A stretch of 64,000 nucleotides of DNA from Vulcanimicrobiota bacterium. GTDB lineage: Bacteria; Vulcanimicrobiota; Xenobia; Xenobiales; JADMJV01. The stretch lies in the NCBI GenBank assembly GCA_050250895.1, contig JBFWNU010000002.1, forward strand, positions 759,659 through 823,658, in the 5' to 3' direction. Every line of letters starts with the position of its first letter. Position 1 is the first letter of the stretch. The notes below the pieces were generated by a model. The model saw nothing but the letters and a program-made list of their open reading frames with translations, had not been told where the DNA came from and did no database searches. Positions 1 to 9,720 of the stretch are shown here, in pieces. The position numbers and the translations under genes are program-made.

Positions 1-146
1 CGGGCGGGCTCGAGTTCCGTGGTGTGGATGTGTTCTAAGCCTTTGATCTCGACAAAGTCGAGGGGCGTGTCGGGCACGGGCGCCATGATGCCGAGCCAGC
101 GAAAAGCTGACCTGATGGTCTCGATGGAACGCGTGCCGATCTCCAC
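1..146 (-). CDS. 5' part of a hypothetical protein running off the window edge, directly downstream of the toxin-like gene
   Basis: Open frame from GTG at 146 (MEIGTRSIETIRSAFRWLGIMAPVPDTPLDFVEIKGLEH...), 43 bp after the stop of the 1294-aa gene and on the same strand. Confidence 0.4.
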   Translation of the reverse strand, partial: MEIGTRSIETIRSAFRWLGIMAPVPDTPLDFVEIKGLEHIHTTELEPA

Positions 147-189
147 CGGTGTAGTGTAGACGAACGCACTTAAAGGAATTTGAACGGCG

Positions 190-3100
190 CTAGCCGGCCC
201 GGCCGTAGTGGTTCAGGATAGCTTCGATCTGATCCTCAGGTGTGCCCAGCATTTTGCCGGCGCCACGAATCTTGGCTTCCAGAGCGGGGGTGAACGGTCC
301 CAAGGGCGGCTTGTCTTTGAGATTGGAAAACTCCATGATGAAGCCGGCCGTCTCGGCGAAGTCCTCGCGCGGAAGCTTATAGCCGACGTGGTCCTGAGCA
401 TAGAAAGACACGTAGTCGGTTGGCTCGGTGCGGCTGAAGGTGCCCTTGACCGGGGCGCGGTCGGGCCCGACCGAGCCGTTGCCCCCAAAGGGACCGAATT
501 TTCCGGTCTCGCTGGCGTAGAGATCGCCGGTCCCCAGGCGCTTATCGGTGATGTGGCTCGTTTCGTGAAAGAGGGTGCCGCGTCGCTGGCTGTCGGCGAG
601 TTCGAAGTCGTGCACCCGCACCTTGGCCCAGTCCTGGATCTGCTCGTCGCTCCAGCCGTAGCCGCCTCCTTCGTTGACGGCTTTGAGTTGCTGGGTATTG
701 ATCTCTTCCCGGGCTCTGGCTTTGGCTTCTAGCAAGGGTTGGTTGCTCTCGTTGGGCTGGCGACGCACCACCACCACGTCGCTCTGATCGGGGGTCAGGT
801 GGGGGTTGTCCACTCCCGGGGTGGGCACGAAACCCATGCCAGCCTCTTCGATCCGGGGCAATCCGTCAGGCCCGACCCCGACCTTGGTATTGAGTTGGGA
901 GGTGAAATGGACTTCTTTGATGTCCTGGAGGGAGTTGGGAGCACTCTTTTGCATGCGTTGCAGAGCGTCCCGCGTGGCTTCGAGATCGGCCAGTTGGCGG
1001 GCCTCTCCGCCGCCTAAGGTGTAGACCTTGACCTGGTGACCACCGATCTCGATGGTGGGTGGATCCTTGATCAGGGTGCGGGCGGCCAGGATGTTGGCAT
1101 CGACCCCTTCGCTGGTGACCAGCTTCTGGAAGCCGCCACCCTTCTTGGGCACATTGGGAGCCAGAGCGGTCACGTCGTTGTTCAAGAGCTGCACCTCGCC
1201 CTTGACGTCTTGGTAAAGCTGGAAGGCCACCGCCTTGCGAACGTTGGGGTCCTGGGCTGCTTCGGCCGTGATGCGGCCTTCCTGAGCTGCCTGGGCGGTG
1301 AGTTTGTCGGCGTGCTCCTCGAGCACGTATCGTCGGTTCCGGCTGGCCGATTCGACGGCGCTCTTTTGCCGGGTCAGGTCCTGATAGGCGTTGTCCACTT
1401 CGCGATAGGCCAGGCGCAGCTTGTCGGACTCACCCTGGAGTTGAGCGATGGCGTCGACATCGCCAGCGGCCCTGGCTTCGTTGAGCTTGACGCGCACGGC
1501 GTCTTCAGCCAGGAAAGCCTCGGTGCGGGCCTGGTTGGCAACCTCGAATTGGGCCGGAGTCGGGCTTTCGGGAACGGGAGGCAGCTCGGCCAGACGGGCT
1601 TTGAGGGGATCGCTGTCGGTGACGTAGCGGGGACCTTCCGGCACATTCACTTTGCCGACCGGAGCTTCCACCACCGGATGGGGTTCTACCGCGCCTTTGA
1701 CCGGGCCGGCGGGTGTCTCCCCGGCCCCTCCGCGGACTGACTGGGCCTCGGCCGCGGCTGCCCGTGCCTCGGCGCTGGCTGCCGGCCCTTCGCCTTTGAG
1801 GGCGTTCGAGAGCTTCTGGCCGACGTAGTCGAGGGGGACGGCCAAAGCGCCGCCGATAGCGCCGCCGATGATAGCCGAGTCGGTAGCGGCTTTGAACACT
1901 TCCTCGGCAGTGCCGCCCTCGAGGGCCTCGCGCGTGCCGCCCGAGACACCCGCGCCGATGGCCCCATTGACGATGCCTTCGGTGGTGACGGCTGCAACGC
2001 GGGTAGGCATCTTCGCAGCCAGTGGACCGGCCAACTTGGCGCCCAGAATGGCTCCGCCTACGTCGGCAGCGCCCTGCAGGCCGTCTTTGACGGCATCGTT
2101 GTTGTCGTAGGCCTCACCCTGGACCCCGCTCTTGACGGCGATGTTGGTGCCCGCCCCGGCGGCGGTGAACAAGACTCCGGTGGTGACCGGGGCGGCGCTG
2201 CCGGCGGTCACTACGGTGGCCGTGATGGCCACGGCCGTGGTGGCCGCCAGGGCTGCCCCCTCGGCCACGCCGTCCTTCTCGCCGCGAAAGACCTCGACAT
2301 CCCCTTTGTTATAGCCGGTGAGTTCGCCCACCCGCTGGTCCCAATGAGACTGCATCTGAGTGTCGCCCGAAGCTTTGGCCCGATGCAGTTGGCCGAGGGC
2401 ATACTCCGATCTTTCGACGTTGGTGTTCATGATCTCGTCGGTCTCGGTGAAGGCGCCACCCGACTCGGCAAAGCCCCACTGGACGACCGTGGCGACAGGG
2501 TCGGTGAGGTTGTCACTGATGGCGGTGCCCAATTTGTTGGGCGGGTCCTCGAACTGGGCCCGCTCTTTGGCGAGGGCCACCTTCTCTTCGGCGGTCTTGG
2601 GCTCGCCCCGCAGGGCGATCCGGGCCTCGAACTCTCCCCGACCATCGAGGCGGCGGTCGACCTCTTTGGTCAGGTCGAGTCCCTGGGGATGGTCTTTGCT
2701 CACGGTGGCCTGGCGAAAGGCCTGCCTGGCCCTGTCGGGACCAAGCTTGGTAATGGCGTCGGCCGCCTCCATTCCATCCACCTCGGAACCGGTCAGGGCA
2801 TATTGCAGACGCTTCTCAGAGGAAAGTCGGCCCTCGGCCAGGAGGGTCTCGGCCCGGTCGCGGTCCTCGCCACCCAGCCGCGCGATCTCCTGGCGCAGCG
2901 GCTTGGTGTACAGCTGGTCATACTCGGTCTCGAGTTTGCGCATATAATCGCGTCGTTGGACGGGGTCGTCGATATTGGGGCTCAAGGCGTCGAAGAGCTT
3001 GTCTTTGTCGATACCTGCCCAGCCGTCGACAGCGTCCCGGGCTTTGGCCGCATCGGCTCGGGGCAGGTTGCCTGCCAGCAGAGCTTTGGCCTGATCGCGG

Positions 3101-4074
3101 TCGGTACCCTCGAGCTTGACGAGGCTGGCTCCCATACTGCCCTTAAAGCTGGATCTGTCCACCCGGGCCACGGCTTCGGGGCCCATCTCGCGCATCTTCT
3201 CGACCACGGCCGCGCCGTCTTTTCGAGCCAGTTGGTGGCCCAGGCCAATCCCGTCGGCTTTGTCTTTGTCGCCCGCCAGCAGCGCCTGCAGGGCCAGCTG
3301 CTTGTTGGGATTGCGCTTGTTGGTGAGGGCCGGAATCAGGGCCTGCTCCAGAGTGCGGTCTTTGGGGTCAAGCCGTTCGAAGCGGAGTTTAGTTTGCCTT
3401 ATCTCCTCTGGCTCCAGCCGACGCAACACCTTGCTGGCTCTGGCCGGATCCTTGCCCCCCTGGGCCGCCTCCGTCAGTTCGGCGGCGGCCGCTCCGATGC
3501 GGTCGCCCTTGCGAATCGAGTCGTAGAACTTGCGGTCGTTCTCGCCGAATTCCTTGTCGAGCTCGCCCACTAGATCACTGCCGATGCGGTCTTTGTAAGC
3601 AAGTTCAATGGCTCGGATCTGCTTGGGCGAGCGGTCCCAGAACAGATCGCGAAGGGCGCCCCCATGCGTGTCCCACCGCCCTTCGCCAGCCTGGTAGATG
3701 GCGGTGACGTCGGAGTTGAGCTCAAAGGGGCGCCCCGAGACCGTCTTGGCCAGAGCAGGATCGGCGCGTAAAGCGCGCAACTCGGCCAGTTCATTGGCGG
3801 TAATCTTATCCTTGTGACCCATCGGCAGTCCCGGGGTGGGAGGCAGCAGCTTGGGGTCGATGGTAGCCTGGGGCGGAGCCGACAGCAGCGCTTTCAGGCG
3901 GGCCGCCGAGGTCTGGGTGCCGAACAGATCGTTCTTGGCAGGCACCTGAGGGCCGGTCAGCTGCGACAACAGCAGGCTCGGTTTTTGCACCACGCATTTG
4001 TCATCGACGATGAGCGACGGGGTCATTTGGCTACGCGTGCCGGGGTCGAAGATACCTCCACCATTGCTTGCCAT
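190..4074 (-). CDS. Large toxin-like protein: N-terminal annexin-like repeats, central Gly/Ala-rich hydrophobic helices, C-terminal zincin metallopeptidase
   Basis: 1294-aa ORF; annexin-like segment AIYQAGEGRWDTHGGALRDLFWDRSPKQIRAIELAYKDRIGSDLVGELDKE plus weaker copies; hydrophobic block AALAATTAVAITATVVTAGSAAPV; C-terminal FHETSH...YVSFYA...EDFAE. Confidence 0.7.
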   Translation of the reverse strand: MASNGGGIFDPGTRSQMTPSLIVDDKCVVQKPSLLLSQLTGPQVPAKNDLFGTQTSAARLKALLSAPPQATIDPKLLPPTPGLPMGHKDKITANELAELRALRADPALAKTVSGRPFELNSDVTAIYQAGEGRWDTHGGALRDLFWDRSPKQIRAIELAYKDRIGSDLVGELDKEFGENDRKFYDSIRKGDRIGAAAAELTEAAQGGKDPARASKVLRRLEPEEIRQTKLRFERLDPKDRTLEQALIPALTNKRNPNKQLALQALLAGDKDKADGIGLGHQLARKDGAAVVEKMREMGPEAVARVDRSSFKGSMGASLVKLEGTDRDQAKALLAGNLPRADAAKARDAVDGWAGIDKDKLFDALSPNIDDPVQRRDYMRKLETEYDQLYTKPLRQEIARLGGEDRDRAETLLAEGRLSSEKRLQYALTGSEVDGMEAADAITKLGPDRARQAFRQATVSKDHPQGLDLTKEVDRRLDGRGEFEARIALRGEPKTAEEKVALAKERAQFEDPPNKLGTAISDNLTDPVATVVQWGFAESGGAFTETDEIMNTNVERSEYALGQLHRAKASGDTQMQSHWDQRVGELTGYNKGDVEVFRGEKDGVAEGAALAATTAVAITATVVTAGSAAPVTTGVLFTAAGAGTNIAVKSGVQGEAYDNNDAVKDGLQGAADVGGAILGAKLAGPLAAKMPTRVAAVTTEGIVNGAIGAGVSGGTREALEGGTAEEVFKAATDSAIIGGAIGGALAVPLDYVGQKLSNALKGEGPAASAEARAAAAEAQSVRGGAGETPAGPVKGAVEPHPVVEAPVGKVNVPEGPRYVTDSDPLKARLAELPPVPESPTPAQFEVANQARTEAFLAEDAVRVKLNEARAAGDVDAIAQLQGESDKLRLAYREVDNAYQDLTRQKSAVESASRNRRYVLEEHADKLTAQAAQEGRITAEAAQDPNVRKAVAFQLYQDVKGEVQLLNNDVTALAPNVPKKGGGFQKLVTSEGVDANILAARTLIKDPPTIEIGGHQVKVYTLGGGEARQLADLEATRDALQRMQKSAPNSLQDIKEVHFTSQLNTKVGVGPDGLPRIEEAGMGFVPTPGVDNPHLTPDQSDVVVVRRQPNESNQPLLEAKARAREEINTQQLKAVNEGGGYGWSDEQIQDWAKVRVHDFELADSQRRGTLFHETSHITDKRLGTGDLYASETGKFGPFGGNGSVGPDRAPVKGTFSRTEPTDYVSFYAQDHVGYKLPREDFAETAGFIMEFSNLKDKPPLGPFTPALEAKIRGAGKMLGTPEDQIEAILNHYGRAG

Positions 4075-5186
4075 CAGGTCGCTGCTCCTTCTGCTTGTAG
4101 TCGTTGCGCCAGCGCCGTCAGGGCGCTGCAGTAACCTTCACAACTGTGATAGGCGGCCCGACCGTGCGAAGCCACCTGCGCGGTCAGGGCGGTCAGGGCC
4201 TCTCGCGCCTCTTGCCACAGTGCTTGAGCTTGACTCTCGATCAGCGGCATCAAGCGCAGATTGACTTGATCGAAGCGCTGCTGCTGAAGCCTGAGTTCGT
4301 CTTCTAGCCTGGCTTGTTCGACAGTGCCCTCCTCCCACCCGGCCACCAGCTGGCACAGGTTGTGAAGGTGTAGAAAGGTGTCCTCTTCGGGTTGTCGACC
4401 GATGGTCTCAGCCAGCAGGTCGTGATGAGCCTCGTTCCACTCGCCCACCAGCTGGCCCACCAGCTGATGCAGTTCGGCCTCTTCGGCTTCGTCGGGATGC
4501 TGGTGGAGTTGCTCGACCACGGCATCAATCTTCTGCAGCAGCTCATTCACCGTCTGGCTGCGCGAGGGAGGCAGCTGGTCGGCCAGCCGCCCGAACTCGT
4601 CGCTCCAGCTCTCGAGCTGATGGGTGATATAGCTGAGGTATTCTGTCCACTCGGGGTCGTCAAGGTCAAAGCCCTGCAGAGTCAGCACCAGGGTCTGCAG
4701 GTCCACGGCGGCCAGGTGGTCGTGGTCGTGGTTGGCTTGCTCGACGATTTGACCCACCAGGCTGCGCAGCTCGAGCCCGTCCAGGCTGGCATGCCCCTGG
4801 CTCCATAGATGCAGGTTGGTCAGGGCCTGACGCAATTCGGGGTCGACCTGGCGCGACGCCAGTTGCAGACAGGCGTTCTCTAGCAGCGGTTCGAGATGGC
4901 CATCGAGCTCTTCGCCCTCGAGATAGCGCGCCAGCGGCCGCAGAGGTTCGTTGAGCCAGGCGAAGGCCGTGGGTCCCTCTTCGGCCGAGAGAGTCTCGAG
5001 GAAGCGTTCGGTGTGCCAGAGCAGCTCGGCGTGAGCTAGAGCGGTGGGCGCTTCGGCCAGGTCATCTTTGAGGGCCCTGAGGCCTTCGAGGTTTTCTTGA
5101 AGCCAACCCTCATGGGCGAGCGGACTCCGCTCGGCGCGCGCCACGACCTGCCCCAACCATGCGTCCAACTCCTGCTCGTAGGTCAC
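4074..5186 (-). CDS. Acidic, probably all-helical hypothetical protein translationally coupled to the toxin-like gene
   Basis: 370-aa ORF rich in L/E/Q/H; its TGA overlaps the next ATG (TGATG, 4072-4076). Confidence 0.75.
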   Translation of the reverse strand: MTYEQELDAWLGQVVARAERSPLAHEGWLQENLEGLRALKDDLAEAPTALAHAELLWHTERFLETLSAEEGPTAFAWLNEPLRPLARYLEGEELDGHLEPLLENACLQLASRQVDPELRQALTNLHLWSQGHASLDGLELRSLVGQIVEQANHDHDHLAAVDLQTLVLTLQGFDLDDPEWTEYLSYITHQLESWSDEFGRLADQLPPSRSQTVNELLQKIDAVVEQLHQHPDEAEEAELHQLVGQLVGEWNEAHHDLLAETIGRQPEEDTFLHLHNLCQLVAGWEEGTVEQARLEDELRLQQQRFDQVNLRLMPLIESQAQALWQEAREALTALTAQVASHGRAAYHSCEGYCSALTALAQRLQAEGAAT

Positions 5187-5223
5187 ACCAAGAGTATGCC
5201 ACGCGGTGGGAAGATGTCTAGAT

Positions 5224-5263
5224 GTTAACAGGTCCGTTTACTCCGGTGTAACAGAAAGTCAAC
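5224..5263. promoter_or_regulatory. Array of four roughly 11-bp-period direct repeats (TTAAC/TTTAC/GTAAC/TCAAC), candidate winged-helix regulator site
   Basis: Pentamers end at 5229, 5241, 5252 and 5263 in an AT-rich divergent intergenic region. Confidence 0.35.
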
Positions 5264-5326
5264 AATTTCCGGGGTGGGGTCAGCCGTTTGCCAGGTCAGG
5301 GCCGGCGTTCTTGCGAAGCTGCTGGG

Positions 5327-5836
5327 ATGAGTGAGCGTCCTCGTTGCGGATTGCCTGCCGACGATGCCGAACTACGACGGCTGTTGACGCCCGAACAGTA
5401 TCGCATTACCCGCCAGAACGGCACCGAGCGGCCCTTCGATAATGCCTTTTGGGATCACCACGAGCCGGGGCTCTATGTGGATGTCATCTCGGGCAAGCCG
5501 CTCTTTGCTTCGGTGCACAAGTATGACTCGGGCACCGGCTGGCCCAGCTTCTTTCGCCCCGCCGACCCCGCCGAGGTGGTCGAGATCCCCGATCCGGCCT
5601 CGGGCGAGATCACTATCGCCGAGGTCCGCTCGAAGACCAGCGATGCCCACCTGGGTCACGTCTTCTCGGACGGGCCGGAACCAACCGGGATGCGCTATTG
5701 CATCAACTCGGCCGCCCTTCGGTTTATCCCGGCCAGCCAGCTCCTGGACCAGGGTTATGGCGAGTTTTCGGCCTGGTTCTACGGGGCCCAGGTGGAAGGG
5801 TGGCTCAAGGTCGCGTCATTCGGCAGCGGAGGCTAA
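5327..5836 (+). CDS. msrB: Peptide-methionine (R)-S-oxide reductase MsrB
   Basis: [55 protein letters not shown]; ATG 5327 preferred over TTG 5288. Confidence 0.95.
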   Translation: MSERPRCGLPADDAELRRLLTPEQYRITRQNGTERPFDNAFWDHHEPGLYVDVISGKPLFASVHKYDSGTGWPSFFRPADPAEVVEIPDPASGEITIAEVRSKTSDAHLGHVFSDGPEPTGMRYCINSAALRFIPASQLLDQGYGEFSAWFYGAQVEGWLKVASFGSGG

Positions 5837-6338
5837 ACCCCAGCAGTCGTTTGACGTGACCATCTTCCAGGCCGCGACGCGGTCGATCTCCACCAACAGC
5901 GTAGGAGCCCTCCGCCCAGTCGCCCACGCCCGCAGGTCCAGCCCGATTTCGTCGTCGACGATGGCAACGGCCTGTTCTTTGAGCCATCGCGTAAGGCCGG
6001 GAAACTTGCGAGATTGGCCGGGGGCGGCCGCCGGGTAGCGGTCAAAATTGATGTAGGGCAGCCCCTCGGGTAGCCTACGAGGGGTGCGACTTGATAGCTG
6101 GCTGAACGCTGCCACGACGTCGACCAGACGATGGAGAAATGAGGGTGCAGTTGCTGCAGGCGCCCAGGCAGACCGCGGTCGATGGTCAGAGGCACCTCGC
6201 CAACCCACGCTTCGAACACTTCGTCGGCCTGGTGTTGACCCATGAGGTTGATCGGTCCATCCACGTCAAGGGCGAGCAAGGGTAGCACCGAGGCTGTTTT
6301 CGAAGAGCGGCTCGCTTCCCCTGGCTCAAGGTCGCGTC
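5801..6338 (+). repeat. 17-bp direct repeat TGGCTCAAGGTCGCGTC (5801-5817 and 6322-6338) flanking the HAD pseudogene
   Basis: Exact match read from the sequence at both positions. Confidence 0.85.
5816..6290 (-). pseudogene. Frameshifted HAD-superfamily protein (resembles the Swiss-Army-Knife RNA-repair-type HAD domain)
   Basis: Motif I LALDVDGPIN and IVWSTSW lie in ORF 5833..6345; the continuation GLPYINFD...AIVDDEI...TLLVEID lies in another frame (5816..6208). Confidence 0.65.
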
Positions 6339-6399
6339 TAACCAACGCCGATGATCCTCTTGGGCGGAATTCGAGTGGCCTGGTGAGAAAGCCTGGAGG

Positions 6400-7200
6400 G
6401 TGAGTGACCGAGAGCAGGTCAAGCAGGCGGCCAGGTTAGCTCGAGAACTCTTTGTCAGGTTGCGCGACGTCGAGCCATTGACCGGCGAACTAGTTCGGCA
6501 AGGCTATTCGCAAGCGACCATCGACCAGGCGCTCGAGGGCTTCAATCTGCGCTATCTCGAGCCCCTGCACACAGGACCGCTCATGCCCGCTTTGCTGATC
6601 GGTTATGAGGTGCAGGGTATCGCGGGTGCCGAGCTAGGGTCAAGCTGGCATCAACTTCTCCAGGATAGGTCGCTGCCCCCATGGCTAACCTATGTCGCTC
6701 AACAGGCCGGGGGTTACTCTATGTGCTACCCTGACGCCCTGGGAGCGGTGCTCAGGCTGGAGGCCAACCGGAGCTTCGCCCGCCACGAGCCCGACCACCT
6801 CATTCGAGGCTTTCATGCCATGGCGGAAGACCCTGATCCCGTAGTGCTGCGTGAATACCCCCATCTTGAGGCGCTTTGCCAGACCAGAGGAGATCCCCTC
6901 AGCCAGACTCAGCTCGATCACTTTCGACGAGCCTTGTCGCCCTATTTCGACTTGCCCCGGCCGATCTCGGGTTTCGAGGCCTTCGTCAGGTTGCAACCGT
7001 GCGACCTGATGCGATACTTTGACGGTTGGCACACGGTACTCGTCGACGAATACTATGCGACGCTAGGGTACCTCCCAAGCTGGCAAGACGTAGGGACCTT
7101 CGATAGTGCCAGTCTCGAAAGGCTCGACCGGCTCGGGAGACACTACCTTGGGGTTGACCATCCACCCTCGGCGTTTTTCCTCTGGGAGAACTGCGACTGA
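6400..7200 (+). CDS. Hypothetical protein (possibly DUF6210-like)
   Basis: 266-aa ORF with GGAGG upstream; QQAGGYSMCYP, EAFV and terminal LWENCD recall DUF6210 from memory, unverified. Confidence 0.6.
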   Translation: MSDREQVKQAARLARELFVRLRDVEPLTGELVRQGYSQATIDQALEGFNLRYLEPLHTGPLMPALLIGYEVQGIAGAELGSSWHQLLQDRSLPPWLTYVAQQAGGYSMCYPDALGAVLRLEANRSFARHEPDHLIRGFHAMAEDPDPVVLREYPHLEALCQTRGDPLSQTQLDHFRRALSPYFDLPRPISGFEAFVRLQPCDLMRYFDGWHTVLVDEYYATLGYLPSWQDVGTFDSASLERLDRLGRHYLGVDHPPSAFFLWENCD

Positions 7201-7234
7201 GAGGAACCGGCCTGCGGCCCTCAAATTCCTCGGG

Positions 7235-8791
7235 ATGATCGAACTCGAGCCCTTTCATCAACGCGACTACCTCATCGACGGCCAGCTGTTGGAGTGGGAC
7301 GGCCCTGTCCAGGAAGTGCTCGCGGCTGTCTCCCTCGATGGGGTCAGCCAGGCCTGCATCGGCTCCTATCCCAGCCAGACGGCCAAAGAGTCGATGGCCG
7401 CTCTGGATGCAGCCGTGCGGGCCTTCGACCAGGGTAGGGGAGAGTGGCCCACCCGTTCGGTAACCGACCGCATCAAGGCGGTCGAGGAGTTCACCTATCG
7501 CTGCGTCGAGCAGCGCGACCTGGTGGTGCGCACGCTCATGTGGGAGATCGGCAAGTCGTATCCCGACTCGCTCAAAGAGTTCGACCGCACCATCGAATAC
7601 ATCAACGACACCATCGACGCCCTCAAAGAACTCGACCGCGTCTCGTCACGCTTCACTCTAGAGAAGGGCATCATGGCCCAGATTCGGCGGGCTCCGCTGG
7701 GAGTCGTGCTGTGTATGGGGCCTTACAACTATCCCCTCAACGAGACTTTCACGACGCTCATCCCGGCGCTCATCATGGGCAACACGGTGGTGTTCAAGCC
7801 TCCCAAGATGGGCGTCCTGCTGCACCGGCCGCTGCTCGAGGCCTTTCGCGATTGCTTTCCGCCCGGGGTGGTCAACACCGTCTATGGCGACGGCGCCGTC
7901 ACGGTGGGACCGCTGATGAAGTCGGGCAAAGTCGATGTGTTGGCCTTCATCGGCTCGAGCCGGGTGGCCGATCTCCTCAAAGCCCAGCATCCCAGCCCCC
8001 ATCGGCTGCGTTCGGTGCTGGGGCTGGGCGCCAAGAATCCGGGCATCGTGCTCGACGACGCCGAGCTCGACCTGACGGTGGCCGAGTGCGTCAAGGGCAG
8101 CCTGTCGTTCAACGGCCAACGCTGCACGGCCCTGAAGATCCTGTTTGTGCACCAGGCACTGGCCACCGAATTCGGCCGGCGGATGGGCGAGGCGGTAGGC
8201 AAGCTCAAAGCCGGTATGCCCTGGGAAGATTCGGTGGCCATCACTCCCTTGCCCGACGCCAGCCACCTGGATTATCTACAAGGCTTGCTCGAAGATGCCC
8301 AGTCCAAAGGCGCCAAAGTGCTCAATCCCGGTGGGGGTGAGCGCCAGGCGACGCTGATGCGGCCGGCCGTGGTGGGCGGGGTGACCTCGGCCATGCGTCT
8401 CTACCATGAAGAGCAGTTCGGCCCCCTGGTGCCCATCGTGACCTTTGACGACCTGGAAGAGGCGGTCGGTTATGTGGTCGAGTCACCTTATGGCCAGCAG
8501 GTGAGCTTGTTCGGGCGTGACCCCGAACGGCTGGCGCGCCTGATCGATCCGCTGGTCAACCAGGTCTGCCGAGTCAACCTCAACAGCCAGTGCCAGCGGG
8601 GGCCCGACACTTTCCCCTTCACTGGCCGCAAGGACTCGGCCGAGGGGACTCTGTCGGTCTCGGACGCGCTGCGGGTGTTCACCATTCGCACCCTGGTGGC
8701 CGCCAACCAGAATCAGGTCAATAAAGAGATCGTAGCCGACATCGTGCGCCATCGGAGGTCGAACTTCTTGTCCACTGATTTCATCCTGTAG
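7235..8791 (+). CDS. gapN: NADP-dependent (non-phosphorylating) glyceraldehyde-3-phosphate dehydrogenase, ALDH family
   Basis: PLGVVLCMGPYNYPLNET, AFIGSS, LGLGAKN, SFNGQRCTA, EEQFGP, QRGPDTFPFTGRKDS. Confidence 0.85.
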   Translation: MIELEPFHQRDYLIDGQLLEWDGPVQEVLAAVSLDGVSQACIGSYPSQTAKESMAALDAAVRAFDQGRGEWPTRSVTDRIKAVEEFTYRCVEQRDLVVRTLMWEIGKSYPDSLKEFDRTIEYINDTIDALKELDRVSSRFTLEKGIMAQIRRAPLGVVLCMGPYNYPLNETFTTLIPALIMGNTVVFKPPKMGVLLHRPLLEAFRDCFPPGVVNTVYGDGAVTVGPLMKSGKVDVLAFIGSSRVADLLKAQHPSPHRLRSVLGLGAKNPGIVLDDAELDLTVAECVKGSLSFNGQRCTALKILFVHQALATEFGRRMGEAVGKLKAGMPWEDSVAITPLPDASHLDYLQGLLEDAQSKGAKVLNPGGGERQATLMRPAVVGGVTSAMRLYHEEQFGPLVPIVTFDDLEEAVGYVVESPYGQQVSLFGRDPERLARLIDPLVNQVCRVNLNSQCQRGPDTFPFTGRKDSAEGTLSVSDALRVFTIRTLVAANQNQVNKEIVADIVRHRRSNFLSTDFIL

Positions 8792-9720
8792 TCCGACTTT
8801 CGTTCGGAAGTGGACATCGCTCATCCGCTCCGGACCGGTCTGGCGCATTCGCAGCGGGCGAGCTGGCCCGGCGACTCACGGCGGCGTCCCGCGCGGCTCT
8901 CCATTGGGGCCGCTCGGCAAAATCTTTATCGTGCTCGGCCGAATGGCAGCCCGGGCACAACAGCTCCAGGTCTTCCAGTCGATGTCGCCTGGTTTCGGAC
9001 CAGGCCCGGACGTGGTGGCTCACCAGATTTCCGCCTGAGCACAGCATCGCTCGCAGCGGCCGAAAGCGCGAGCATAGACCGCTCGCACCAGGCCCCCCGG
9101 CAGTCCGGGCCCGACTGGGAAAAAGCGGCAACTGCTCGGCCTGACGACTTCCAGCTGGAAGTTGAGTCTGGGTGCCAGCGACCACCACGCCCGTTTGCTT
9201 CAAGGCCTCCTCGACGGGGGCTGGCAAGAGTCCCCGATCGGTGTCGTAATGGCCCTGGCTCGTTTCGGCATGGACATGCATGATGACCTGGTGTCGCACT
9301 TTGCTGCGATTGTCGGCCGTGGTGAGGGTCACTCGGGCCATCTCCTTGTTCACGCGCTTGCCATGGCGGGCATCGATCACGCCCTTCGCCTGCTCGTAGG
9401 TGGCATACTGCTCGGCGGTCATCAGCAGAGTGACCTGGATCAGCTTCGGCACCTCGGGGACTGGCGCGGGCCTGAGCACCGGGGTCGGCTTGGCGGGCTC
9501 TGCCAACTCTAGCTCGGGTTGAGCTTGACGCGCTTCGAGCGAGGCTTTCAAAGCCTCGCCGCGCTTGTGCTGGGTGGGGGTTAGAGCGACCGCGCGCTCG
9601 ACGGCTTGAGCCTTGTTCTTGAGGGCGAAATCCAGCCTCTCCCGCTCGTTCTCGGGGGGGTGGTGATCGGCAGCCCCCTCGGCCCGGTCCACTTCCAGCT
9701 GGAAGACGGCGCGGCGGAAT
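8781..9720 (-). pseudogene. Degraded HNH endonuclease gene with a long helical N-terminal region
   Basis: C-terminal SHHVRAWSE...LEDLELLCPGCHSAEH; the first Zn knuckle (VYARAFGRCERC) is in a different frame near 9040-9090; the 5' end is replaced by the repeat array. Confidence 0.65.
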
